Position numbers and translations under genes: made by a program
In this document: piece by piece, positions 11,333 through 23,219 of the stretch
How the letters are laid out: every line of letters begins with the position of its first letter
How positions within the stretch are numbered: position 1 is the first letter of the stretch
Notes under the pieces: generated by a model
The model's input: only the letters and a program-made list of their open reading frames with translations
The model's database searches: none
What the model was told of the DNA's origin: nothing
NCBI GenBank assembly: GCA_003427395.1
Contig: BFEA01000008.1
Span: 3,528,740 to 3,573,478, forward strand
Length of the DNA: 44,739 nt
Origin: Chara braunii
Lineage: Eukaryota; Plantae; Charophyceae
Reading direction: 5' to 3'

Positions 11333-12105
11333 GCGTGTGTAATGCCACCTTTTTCAATTTTTGTTCTTTTGTGGCCGCACCTGTCCCACCCCATGGGCCA
11401 GGTTCACAATGCTTCGTAAGTTCGTACTAGCGGTGTGTGTCCCACGACACGTCACTGTCATTTGTGTGAGGCAGACTGGACCAGACTGGACCAGGTGCAG
11501 ATGGCCCACCAGGTCCAACAGCGCACCTAAGGTGCAGACATCCCTTCAAATTGAATATCCTTCAATCCCTTTGAATCAACAGACATTCTCTCTCAATTTT
11601 TTTTTAATTATTTTTTTTAATCAGGATCGCACATAGATTTGATCCCTGCATCTGCAGGGTGGTAATCAGATGTCATTTCTACTGGGCTGGCTCCTATCAC
11701 TCTCCCTCAATTTTTTTTATTTTTTTTTTATCCCTTAATCACGGGCCCAGTGCCCAAGGCTCATATTCAATATTTAACCTGAGGCCGGGGTCCTCACAGT
11801 CTACTCGGAAACACAGAACCATTTGGGATCATTACCCAGTTTCGCTTAAAAAAACCCTTGCGAGGGACCCACCCCCGACTCAGCAGCAGACCACAGTGCA
11901 AAACACCTACTGTGCCAAATGCTACTGCATAACGAACTCGAGATCGTAACACTATGCTGAGTGCTGCTTCAGCGCTCTTGACCCTCCCTAACTCGGGAGG
12001 GTGGAACCTACCGTTGTTCCCAGTAACCATGGCACTCCCTCCGGACCCAGCTTCCCTCTTACTACTGCCCTCCTACCGTGGAGGTAGAACCGAGTGCCCA
12101 AGTAT

Positions 12106-15100
12106 TTACAACTCACTCGTCAGTAACCAGGAGTCCAATTCCAGTTTTCCTCCTTCTATCCTTGCCAGCTTGCCCAGGCAGGCCCACGTCTCTACAAACC
12201 AAGACAGCCCGCTACTCTTCTGCTGGCTACAAATGACTTTGCGTCGCCAATCGACCTTCACTGACCTCCGGATATGTGTCTTCACTGAAGCTTTNATCGC
12301 TTTGTCTGAGATAAANNGCCCTTCAAAGGTATTTCTATTCCTGACTTCCCACACTACCAGGAATAGGCATGCTCTGAGGGCTTGGGCTACATAGCCCCAG
12401 CCTTTGTCCAGTGCTAGTTCCTCCGGAACACCTCCGAATAATATCCATCTATCACTCCAGTTAAAGACCGACCCGCTGATACGAGCCCATTGCGTCCTCC
12501 ACCATTCCCAGATTCTCAGTGACAATGGGCAGGACAACCACAGGTGGACTGTGGACTCGAAGGGCCACTTGCACCTGGTACATTGGATCCGAACCTCCAT
12601 GCCCCGTGCTGCGAGCCAAACCGCTGACGGGGTGGCGAGAAGTGATAAGAGCCACAGCAGTGTTGCGGCTCTGGGTAAAGGGATTATTTGAAGTTGTGCC
12701 CAACAGCGCTTCAACTCCATACAGATCACGTCCAATTCTGAAGGATAGACCTGAGACCATCTTGAGACTGCTACTGTTATGGGTGTTCGCCCTGCCCGCA
12801 GTGAGTCATACCCGCCAGCCGAGTTGTAATCTGTTAGCCAGGCGCCTTCCGGGAGCTTGCTAGATCCCTGCCACAACCACAACTGAGGATCTAGACGCAG
12901 TGCCCTTACTGGGGTTCCATCTGCGCAAGTCACACAGGACCAGGTGCCATCTTCTTTGCATACCTCTCGCACTCTGACTTGCTGCAGGATTCCGAGTGGT
13001 CTGTGTTCCTTGGAGTCGAGGTTCCAGCCGGAGTCTGAATCCTCGTATGTGTCGCAGCATGACAGTTCAGCCGTCCCAGGACTTCTTTCCCAAGCTTGAA
13101 ACCTTCTGGAACCGTCTGCTTCGATAGATAGAAGCTTCCACAGTAAAGCAGGGTTCTCTGCGTCCTCCTGGTTCGAGTGGGATGCTACAAACCAGGTCCC
13201 TGGAGGGTGGGTTCCTTCAGGACTAAGAAAGAAGTTCCACTCCGGGGGTATTGCGGCCCTCAATTGGGCCGCTCTTTCTCGCACCTTTCCCAACCTTCCC
13301 AACTTGATTCCCAATTCGTTATCTGTATTCCACTATCCGGTTAGCTCGTTCCACAGGTCGTCCACCACCAATACTTCTCTTTCGATCCATGACCTGCCAA
13401 ACGCTTCCGGAGCAGTACTTGCAGCAAAAGGTGTACCATCTTTACTCAGAATAGCAGGGTTGTCAAACAGCGGTTGCATGAGGACTTCCTCCCGTGTGAC
13501 AGGTGGGACCCACTGACATGGGCCTACCTTTCTCCAAGCGTTCAAGACGTCTCTCCAAAACAGGGAAAGGTGTGTGTCTTCTCAGGAATGAATTCAGCAT
13601 GCAACAAGTCCAAACATCACGCGGTCTTGGTATGTGCTAGTTCCTTGCAAGAATCATCTCAGCCAGTACGATCCAATGCTCATCTTCCGACCCTAAGATG
13701 GCCTTCACGAGCCATTTAACCATCAATGCCGCATTCTGTTTGGCTGGATCCAACATCCCTAGGCCGCCCTCTTCTCGAGGGTGGCAAATCAGGTCCCATG
13801 CCACCTTCGTGATAAGTCCTTCGCCTTGTTTACCAAATGGTTTCCATAAAAACCTCGCTGCCACTTGTCTAACAATCTTCGTTACTTGTTTACCGAGTGC
13901 TCTCACTGTGCCGACATACCATAATAAAGCAAAAAGAGCTACATTCGTGACAAGCGCTCTACCGAGCAGCGAGAGGTGCTTAGCCGGGCCCCATACTGCA
14001 ATCCTCTTGATCACCTTCTGCTGAATGAGGTCGTCCTGTGCACCCGCGCACCTGCCCAGTGTTACCAAGATCCCCAAATATCTTTCTGCTTCACTGCTGT
14101 AGACTCTCTTCATTCCCCAGTCTACCGCTAGAACATAATTGTCTGGGAGGAAGAAAGTCGATTTGGACCAGTTCACCGCTGCCTCCGAGAGGTTGGCGTA
14201 GTCGGTGAGACAGGATTTCAGCGCATGGAGGGAATCTGCAGTATTCTCTGAGATGGCCATAAGGTCATCTGACAGGGCCTTGACACGACAGTCGGTGTGT
14301 TGCACCGGGAGGCCTCGGTACTGTGGATGCTGTCTAATTGGCACAACAATACCTCTAGCTGTATAACAAAAAGGAGTGGTGCAAGGGGGCAGCCTTGCCT
14401 CAGGGACCTGGTGAGGGGGAACTTGGGGGGAGATGTGACCATTTACTGTAACAGCCGCTGTGGAGAAGGCATACAGGACACATACCCATCGACAGAAATT
14501 TGGGCCAAACTGAAGAGTCTTCAGCGTGGTGTGTACGTAGGCCCAATTTACCCTGTCATAGGCGTTTTCCAAATCTAGTAAGAGGACTGCGAAGTCCAGA
14601 TTCTCCTGGTGAATCCATTCCAAGGCCTCGATGGCTGTTACTACATTATCGAATATAGATCTGCCCTGAACAAAGGCTGCCTGATCACGTTTAACCAAGT
14701 CCGGAAGGTATCTCCTTAGCCTCCTAGCCAAAAGTTTGGCTAAGATCTTGTACGACACATTTAATAACGAGATTGGACGCCAGTTCCTGATTTCGACCTT
14801 GTCGCCCTTTTTATACATGATGGAAATCACCCCATGAACCATTCCTTTAGACAGCTGTCCACCTGTGAGTGCGTCATTGTAGATCATTGTTAGGTGGGGA
14901 AACAACACTTTCCCGTGCTGTAGGTAGAATTCCACTGGGAGGCCGTCGCCCCCCGGTGATTTACCTTTCGCCATGCATTTGGTAGTGTGCTCTATCTCTT
15001 CGACTGTGACTGGTCTATCTAAGTCTAATCTTCCGACTTGGGTGAGGCGGACCGTGACATTGTCCCAGTGAGTGAAGCCGATTGACAGATCAGCGTCTGG

Positions 15101-16417
15101 GCGCTCACCGGTCTGCGTGACGTAAGAATGTCTTTAAAGTATAGGGCAACGTAAGCACACATGGTACTTGAGGTAGTCGCCGGGCGGGTTTGTGGCACGA
15201 ATGGGTGACTGAGTTGTTTCATCAACTGTGCCGCCCGTCTGGGTAGGAGACGCTAGAAGGACTCTTTCGACATCCGGTCATACACCGAAATGCCTTTGAC
15301 AGTCAGGCGTTCCGCCCATTCGTCAGACTGTTTCTGCTGTAAATTGTCCCACATGGCAAGCAGCCTTACCCTCTCTGAGGCCCAAACTGAAACTGACACG
15401 GGGTGGGCTTTCATACGATCTTCTACCCACTCCAGATCTTTCAGTAGAGTCTGTTCCTCTTTGTTCATTTCTGCTGCCAAAATTCTGAAGAAGATACTGA
15501 GGAAGGTTCTAGCAATGGCGGTCCCAGCATCCCACCAATCGCCCACCGATTGGAAACACTCCTGGGTTGACGGCCATTTGATAAAGAAGGATTCGACCCA
15601 GGCTGCGAGGCTTGGGTCCTTTAAGTTTTGCACGTTCAGCCTAAAGAAACTGCTACCTTTGTCAATTAGATCCGACATTTGTAATGTGAGTTTCACTAGG
15701 TAGTTATCTGACATGGGATGTCTTACCACTTCCACATTCACCGCTGCCTCCCACCAAGAAGGGCTTAGTAATCCATAGTCCAACCATCGGAGTACTCCAA
15801 CTCTTGTACCCTCCTTAGCTGGGGAGCCCCAGGTGTAACCTGGTGTAACCTGGATCCGAGGGATACATTAATCTAAAGGCATCACAAAGATCAAGTTCGG
15901 TCATATACTCTACCAGAGCTAGAATATCCGGGGAGCAGTGGGAGGCGGACAGGGTATCATCTAAAGAGCAATTCTAATTGCCGACTACCGCCGACTACCA
16001 TAAGGTTGTCGACGTCCGGGGTGTGAAAAATCAGGTCATCGAAGAACCGTTTACGCTCAGATCTGTCCACCGGGGCATATACTGTCATGATAGCCCAATC
16101 TGTGCCGAATGCAGAGAATTTAACCCATGCCCATCTTCCCCACGGGTCTATGTTATGGTCGATAATTTCAATTGGAAGTTCCCGATGGATGAGTATTGCG
16201 AACCCCCCCTGGTGCCTACTGTTGGAGACCACAACTGTGGTCCATCCCACCATAGCCCAAGTTATGAGATTTTTCGCTCATCTAGCTTTGTTTCTTGGAT
16301 GCAGGCTATCTGGATGGATTTCCTGTGAAGCCAAGATTTTAGTCTGGCTCTTTTGCCCTTCTTCGAAGTGTCACCCAGACCCCGTAGGTTCCAGGAGACA
16401 ATGCTGCATTTATCCAT
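12106..16417 (-). pseudogene. LINE-C ORF2: APE, RT, zinc finger; disrupted
   Basis: MDKCSIVSWNLRGLG start, VYAP, LDY, MSDN; KSPGGDG, NWRPISLLN, LRQGCPLAPLLF, ALSDD, RYLG; CTRC..ESTVHLWLSC. Confidence 0.95.
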
Positions 16418-18798
16418 TCATCCTACCTTTTTGTCCCCTAGGTCGGATGGGGGGAGCGGTGGCGTGGGCCTTCGGATCTGCCTGTGGCTGAGTAGGTCTT
16501 GAGGTGTGACTACCCTGTCTGGCGGATGAGCTCGCTGCAGTCGTGGAGGACCATTCCTGTGCAAGAAGGTTTTTCAAGTACAGGGATTGCAGCAGCTTGT
16601 TCTTGGGTAGCCTGTCATTGATTTTGCTCAGAAACGTCGCCTCTCTTATGTGCTGGACAAATATCTGCTGAAGAGAGTCACGGTCCTCATCGACAAATAG
16701 TGAGATTGGAATTAGCCTCATGCCCTCCAGTAGGAGGGCATCCATCTTCTCGAGAGTGATGCATGCATCTAGTATTGGTACAAAAATTTTGCAATTACGA
16801 TCTGAGAGTTCCACATAGAATCTGGGCAGGGCCATATCCGGGATAATTCTCACGAGAAAGCGACTGCCAAAAATGTGCTTTGCGGTAGACAGGATGATTT
16901 GTAGAGTAACGGGTTCCTCCACCATCTGCGTCAGAAAGTTAATCTTCCCATCTTCAGGTTGCCAGGCAATAATATGAATAGCGCCATTCACAATTGAACA
17001 AATGAAGGGGAGTAGCCATTTCTCCAGAGGGATAGTTTGCCCCATTGGGGCAGTGATAGCTCTCCTGCTCCTGGACGTCTTCACCCCTGGCTGTGGTATA
17101 CCAGCCTCGCGAGAGCGGGCTGACGTGGACGACTCAGCTATGCTGCCGACTGACCCTCTCGAATTCTCTCGCATGGGAGCATCATTGTCAGGTGCTGCTG
17201 TTAGCAGGAGGGGGTCGTTGGTTGTTCTAGCCACCCTGGGGATTTTGAGGGGGGATTGCCCCCTCGTACTCCGCTGTTGAGATGCGGCAACTAAGGAGGA
17301 GGCCCCGTCGCCTGAAGCCTGCCTTGCTTTGGAAGCGCTCCTACTGAATAATGGCAATGAGTTAGCAGCAGCTNNNNNNNNNNNNNNNNNNNNNNNNNNN
17401 NNNNNNNNNNNNNNNNNNNNNNNNNNNNNNNNNNNNNNNNNNNNNNNNNNNNNNNNNNNNNNNNNNNNNNNNNNNNNNNNNNNNNNNNNNNNNNNNNNNN
17501 NNNNNNNNNNNNNNNNNNNNNNNNNNNNNNNNNNNNNNNNNNNNNNNNNNNNNNNNNNNNNNNNNNNNNNNNNNNNNNNNNNNNNNNNNNNNNNNNNNNN
17601 NNNNNNNNNNNNNNNNNNNNNNNNNNNNNNNNNNNNNNNNNNNNNNNNNNNNNNNNNNNNNNNNNNNNNNNNNNNNNNNNNNNNNNNNNNNNNNNNNNNN
17701 NNNNNNNNNNNNNNNNNNNNNNNNNNNNNNNNNNNNNNNNNNNNNNNNNNNNNNNNNNNNNNNNNNNNNNNNNNNNNNNNNNNNNNNNNNNNNNNNNNNN
17801 NNNNNNNNNNNNNNNNNNNNNNNNNNNNNNNNNNNNNNNNNNNNNNNNNNNNNNNNNNNNNNNNNNNNNNNNNNNNNNNNNNNNNNNNNNNNNNNNNNNN
17901 NNNNNNNNNNNNNNNNNNNNNNNNNNNNNNNNNNNNNNNNNNNNNNNNNNNNNNNNNNNNNNNNNNNNNNNNNNNNNNNNNNNNNNNNNNNNNNNNNNNN
18001 NNNNNNNNNNNNNNNNNNNNNNNNNNNNCTTCACTTCCACCATGTCCCCTTGTTTAGTTCGTACCCAGACCCTATCAACGAAGTGTGCTCGATATTCCGG
18101 ATCCAACTCACAGCGGATATTCAACAGCCGAGGATTAGAGGTAAAGCGATCAGGGGAGTCCATTTTCAACACTGGACCAATCACTCGATTGAGGGCAGCA
18201 TGCAGATACATGTAAGCGTCCAGTGGGACTTGGATCGCTAGAACCCAAAAGGTGTTCTCCAATTTATTCTTGCGAAATTCCTTCCAGTCCACGCGAGTCA
18301 TCCATGCCTTCATTTCAAACACATATCTCCTGCCCTTCAACATGACAGCCCCATCCCCCTCATTCACCATCCATTGTGCTACTACCGGATCTTTCGCCAC
18401 GTAGGAAATCACGTTGAGCCCTTCAAACTTCACCCTTCCCCTTTCGACTGGGGGTCGAAGGTTTCTTCCTTTCTCCACCCGTTTTCATAAGCTCTTACTA
18501 AGTCTTCCTTCACCTTTCTCGGCAAGTCCCTTGCTTCATCCCTAAGGATTATCACGACTGCCCTTTGCTTCAACCAAGCGATTTTCAACTCGTCAAATCT
18601 TTCGTTTACAGTGACAACAACCTCGTTTCTTTTAATTACTACGTCATCAATTGGCACATTCTCTGGGGCGATACCCTCGTCATAGCATTTGGAGAGGAGT
18701 ATCCGTGCCCTTTCATCGAATGAATCTTTCTGGGCCATTTGAGGCGGTTTCAGCACCCCTTCTACCGCTAGGTTTCCTTCCCCGGTTGCTGCGGCCAT
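16410..18798 (-). pseudogene. LINE-C ORF1, frameshifted, with an internal gap
   Basis: ORFs 18430-18798, 17291-18478 and 16410-17357. Homologous to LINE-B ORF1. Overlaps the ORF2 start by 8 nt. Confidence 0.85.
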
Positions 18799-19897
18799 GT
18801 TTTGGGTGATAAGATTCTTCCCCTAGGTCGCGTGGTTAGGGTTCTGTTCTCGAGTATTGTGTAACCCTCCACTCACTGGTCACTGAAACGAAACCCCGGA
18901 TATTGCGTTGCTGAGNTCTAATATCCNATGAAATTNNCGATGGCGGTCCCCTCTGGTGGGCGCAGTCTGTGTGGATCATATGCGAGGCATGCGCTTGACA
19001 AAGCAGCGAAGCAGAGGGAAATCAAGCAAGCCCGATTGTGGGCAGCAAAATCTGCACCACCGACCCGAACTACAACCTCGGGATTGTAAGGATCATACGA
19101 TCCTTCCTGGAATCACCTACCCTAGTTCCCATCGCAGGTACTCATATAAGACAAGTTCCTGAAAGGGACTTCGACCAGACTTGCCTTTACGATCCTAAAT
19201 CAACCTGCCCAGGTCTATTTACGAGCGCTAAGAGGCTCCAATGGTGAGCGCCTTCGTGTAACTTGTACGGCTTGTCTACTCATAAATTACAAGGAAGCAG
19301 TGGGGTTCTGGTGCGTTCTATCATCGTGATCCCACTGAGAGAGCATTTATGCACCAACCGTAGAACGAGAGATTTAGCCTAGGCCGTCACTACCTACTTC
19401 TGCTTACTTTGCAAACAACGGAAGATAACGCAACCAAAATTCTACTTTTCCAACTCAACAACGCATACAATGAGAGGAACTATCACCCTATAGTTGCTCC
19501 GGTGTTGGTAAAGTTCCATGACAAGTGCCTCAGCTGTGAAGCGGCCGCTAGTTACCTGCCTCTTCCTGGCCGTTGTCTCTAGGTCCGCCATTCCATTCTC
19601 TTCCCTTCGGGTACCATATCCAATCTTGGTTAACTGCAATCAAAAGCCTTGGTGAGGCCTATTTACCATCATGGTAAACGGGATCGTGCGTGAAGGATTC
19701 ACGCCGCCATAGCCAAGGCCATGGAGGGACGTCGTTTACCGCAGTAACTCGTACCTGCGATGACACGGAAATTGCTCGATGGGCCTTCCGAAACTTCGAT
19801 CGAGTGTCGGTCGGCGGACGCAGGCCGCGAGCGCTACACCAGCGCCGTTGGCGGCATCGGCCTCCCTCTCCCTGAATTTTGGTACAGACCGACTCTG

Positions 19898-19933
<36 letters not shown>

Positions 19934-19969
19934 GTTATAGCTCACACCAACATCCCCCCCACACCAGAA

Positions 19970-20386
19970 TTTTTTTTAATTATTATTTTTTTTTTTTAAG
20001 CGATATTCTTCTCTCAATTTCACCTCACACTACCTACCTACCACTACTCCTAATCATACGGGAAACCCCGTAGCAGCCAGAACCGTGTTCACGAGAGAAC
20101 ATGCGGGGGCTGCTCTCGACCTGCAGGTGGGCGATACCGGCTAGGGGACAGCCGGTAGCATCAGGGACCATGCCAACAGGACCAATCCCTGTGCCTCCCC
20201 TCAGGTCCCCTCCCCTATGAACATCAGCAGACTCTGCTAAATGCCAATCGGGGGATCCAGTGGTTTATCTCTAGGTGGCGGGCGCCAAGCATGCCCAGGA
20301 AGGTACATGAGGCCAATGGGGATTGAACCCACGACCTCCTGAATGCCACTTGCGAGCCTTACCAACTGAGTTAGGCCGCTGGATTT
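19970..20386 (-). mobile_element. tRNA-derived SINE, copy 1
   Basis: Minus strand has A box TAACTCAGTTGG, B box GGTTCAATCC and an A-rich tail. TSD ACCAGAA at 19963-19969 and 20387-20393. Confidence 0.85.
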
Positions 20387-20499
20387 ACCAGAAAATTTTC
20401 TTCTACTTGCGAGATCTCAGAGCCGTCCTGGACAAAAGATATTTTGGCCTGCACATACCTTGGAATCTTGGATGCCCATCCTCTCAGTCAGCAGACAAG

Positions 20500-20663
20500 G
20501 GGCCAGGTCCCACTAGCAGCGTTGAGTTTCCTCAACGCCTGAATCTGGCGGCGTTCGTGGAGATGTGCAGTTGAGAAAAGTCAACGCGATTTCTGCACAT
20601 ATCCACAGACACGTCCATATTCAGGCGTTGAGGAAACTCAACGCTGCTAGTGGGACCTGGGCC
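20500..20663. mobile_element. 164-bp palindromic PIF/Harbinger-like MITE, copy 1
   Basis: Long TIR GGGCCAGGTCCCACTAGCAGCGTTGAGTTTCCTCAA with a 3-bp TSD AAG on both sides. Confidence 0.9.
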
Positions 20664-20790
20664 AAGGTCACCCAGGCAAAACTCACCTGACAGATGGCCT
20701 GTGTGCTTGGAAGCAGTACTTTTCTCAGACTGTCCCAGCAGACCATTGTGACAGACAAAAGGGTCTACGGCAAGGAACCCAGAGTTTAGT

Positions 20791-20791
<1 letters not shown>

Positions 20792-20830
<39 letters not shown>

Positions 20831-21400
20831 AAAAATGCTCCATCTATTGGTGGGGAGCGTCACCTGCTGGAAAACGGGTCGAGCGTCCCTTGTACAAAAT
20901 GCTTGGGAAAATAGTCAGGGAAAAGAAGAAGCTGAGAAAATCCTGCGAGCATTGATTACCCTGAATTCAGCGGATTGACTGAGCAGGTTGTTGAAAAAAG
21001 GGTATTATTGTTGAAAAAAGGGTAATACCCGCCTTCTCCCTTCCTAGTGAACCCTACCCCCTTGCTAACTCCACAACTGGAAGCCAGGTCCCACATCTCT
21101 GGTTTGGAGACACGAAAGTACCACTGGGGGGCACCAATGGGAGTGTTCGTGCCCCAGCCCACCCCCGGCCCGCCTTCCTGGTTATTCCACCTCGCTGCCC
21201 ACTAGCCTTTTGAAGAGCAGGAATGTTTTCTTTCTTTTTTTGGAGTACCGCCTGTTGAAAAACAGGACCAGCGCCCCTCACATGCTTCCTTTCCCCAACC
21301 CTGGCTTTACCTAAAGTCTGGATCAACGCCTTTTCCTAGTCTCTACTCCTTAACCTTACTTGCCTCTCCCCCGCTCTCCATTGTCAGCCCCCCTCCTTTT
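20792..21400 (-). mobile_element. LINE 3' UTR/tail with long poly(A), LINE-D/E family
   Basis: Poly-T at 20792-20829. 20837-20892 is the reverse complement of the LINE-E 3' UTR at 42813-42868 (CGCTCCCCACCAATAGATGGAGC). Confidence 0.7.
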
Positions 21401-21863
21401 TGCATTGTAGAACAAAAGGAAGTCACAAGTACTGAACGTCCTGGCTGTCAGCATTGACTGCCCCAGTGGCTGAGGGGTTAACTGTGCTGCACGTTGTCCA
21501 GAGAGTCCGTCCTGTTTCTCCAGCGCTGGATTGGTGTTTTTGCAACAAGAGTAATGTTCCTTCTCGGGAGGGGCACCAAAGACTGTGAAATGATATGAGA
21601 ACCATTAAAAAAAGAAAATAAAAGAGAAGAGAAGAGAAGAGGAACTGTCGGCAAACAGTCTCCCGCAAGAGCCGGGATAGAGAATTCCACCAATACACAT
21701 GATCCTGGACGCACACGAATCGAACCGAGTTCGAAACACAAGGGATAACAAAGCCCGATAAAATTGCACATGAAACACATGGCCAAGCCAGAAAGAATTA
21801 CATGTGGCCTCAAAAATCCAACCCAAAGAGCTGAAACTCAATCCACCATATCCCTCCACAAAC

Positions 21864-21934
21864 CGATGCGCCCATCCCTCAACGCGTTTCTACTACCCCG
21901 TCAGTAGCGTCATCAGGAGGTACCCTGATCATCG
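21864..21934 (-). ncRNA. Minimal type I hammerhead ribozyme
   Basis: Minus strand reads cctc-CTGATGA-c-gctac-tgacggg-gtagt-a-GAAAC-gc-GTT^gagg. Stem I is cctc/gagg, extended by cgatg/catcg. Stem III is the palindrome AACGCGTT. Confidence 0.75.
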
Positions 21935-23044
21935 ATCGAAGCACAGCTCGACGAAGGAGACCAATACCATAGCCTTGTCTCCTTACATAGTCTATCCTAC
22001 CCCGGTACACTCCAATCCTACATAGTGATCCAGTATCAAACGGCCTGATGAAAGCCACGGGAACACATCGTGATACGTTCCGTGCGAAAACGGATCCATG
22101 TGAAATCCGTACAGAAGATAGATGGATCCGAGCCAGCCGATACCAATTCTTCCAGAGAAAACAGGCTGACTCCGGCGCAGATGACAGCCCAGATCCCTGC
22201 ACACACAGACAAACATACAAGACGGACACACAGAAAAAACAAACGAGACCACAACAGCAAAAAGCCGTTGGTGTTCCTGACCGTCCCCGAAGCCAGATAC
22301 CGTTGAAGGGCGCGTTCCGCCGTTCCTCAGTACCGCAACAAGGCAATCCCGCAGAAGAGCAACCATAGAAACCCTCCAAACTGCGCATGGCAGGAGGACC
22401 GAGAATGCCATTAGTACTGGAGAGCGTGATACGCCAGTTCAACAAAAAAAATAGCTACACGGATCGTAAAGGCCCTTCAAACCGCCAGCATGGCAGACGG
22501 TCCGAAGAGCTGCCCAGAGGTCACCATGCCGGGTCGTAAAGCAGCACGTCAGTGCGTAGGCAAAAAAGGACTTATGCATCCACCACCCTCCAGATATACT
22601 AGACACGAGGAACAAATCATTCAAACTCGTTAGGGACAGAGAACAGGCTGGTGGCGGGAAAACACTGAAAGCAAAGCAGGCGGGAAAACCACCGCCCAAT
22701 CCAAAACCAGAAGGTCTAGCCCTCTGCGTAAAAAGGGTCAAAGCAGGCAAATAAAGGAATGAGCCAAGCAAGGCACAACCTCGGCATAAGCATGCCTTGA
22801 GTACGTAAGCAAAACAAACGCCGGATAAAAACCATGGGGCCCTATAGGCCCAGGTAAGGCAAAAAAAGGCCAAACCGCCAGTAAACCCTCATGAGGTTAT
22901 TCGGGCCAGAATGGCAGCTTCCACCGATCCCGACTTCTCAGCAAAGCCAGAAAAGGCACGAGTAATAAGTTTCATCGGGAATCTCAGTAATACCAGCTCA
23001 CGCCGAACAACCAGGAACGCGGTCATTCGTCCAAATCTATCAGA

Positions 23045-23180
23045 GGAAAGTCAGAAAGAAGAAGAAAAAAAGAAGGAAAAAAGAAGAAGAAAAAGGAAAG
23101 AAGAAAAAAAGAAGAGAGAAAAAAAAAAGAAGGGAAATAGGAGAGTGAAAAAAAGGGGGAAAAAGGAAGGAGAGAAAGTA
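23045..23180 (+). repeat. A/G-rich low-complexity tract
   Basis: Imperfect (GAA/GAAAA)n. Confidence 0.85.
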
Positions 23181-23219
23181 TTCATCTACCCATCTGCTGC
23201 TGCTTTCTGCAAATAGGTT

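Larger units (their letters stand above)
11711..19865 (-). mobile_element. LINE-C: full-length (~8.15 kb) L1/Tx1-type retrotransposon with TSD
   Basis: A-rich tail at 11711-11730. TSD CTCTCCCT(C/G)AATTTT at 11700-11714 and 19866-19880. ORF1 and ORF2 lie between them. Confidence 0.92.

Noticed and set aside
14734-14748. TTTGGCTAAGATC resembling U2 snRNA
   Set aside because: It is the antisense of the RT motif KILAK, and no further U2 match is present.
20310-20382. Functional tRNA gene (also 30370-30440)
   Set aside because: Anticodon arm and acceptor stem do not fold canonically; body, A-tail and TSD indicate a SINE.
21088-21098. Plant snRNA USE-like GTCCCACATC
   Set aside because: No TATA box or snRNA follows; it also resembles the local MITE terminus GCCAGGTCCCAC.
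22020-22100. Plus-strand CTGATGA..stem..CGAAA hammerhead-like motif
   Set aside because: Stem II is bulged and no stem I pairing can be drawn in either type I or type III topology.
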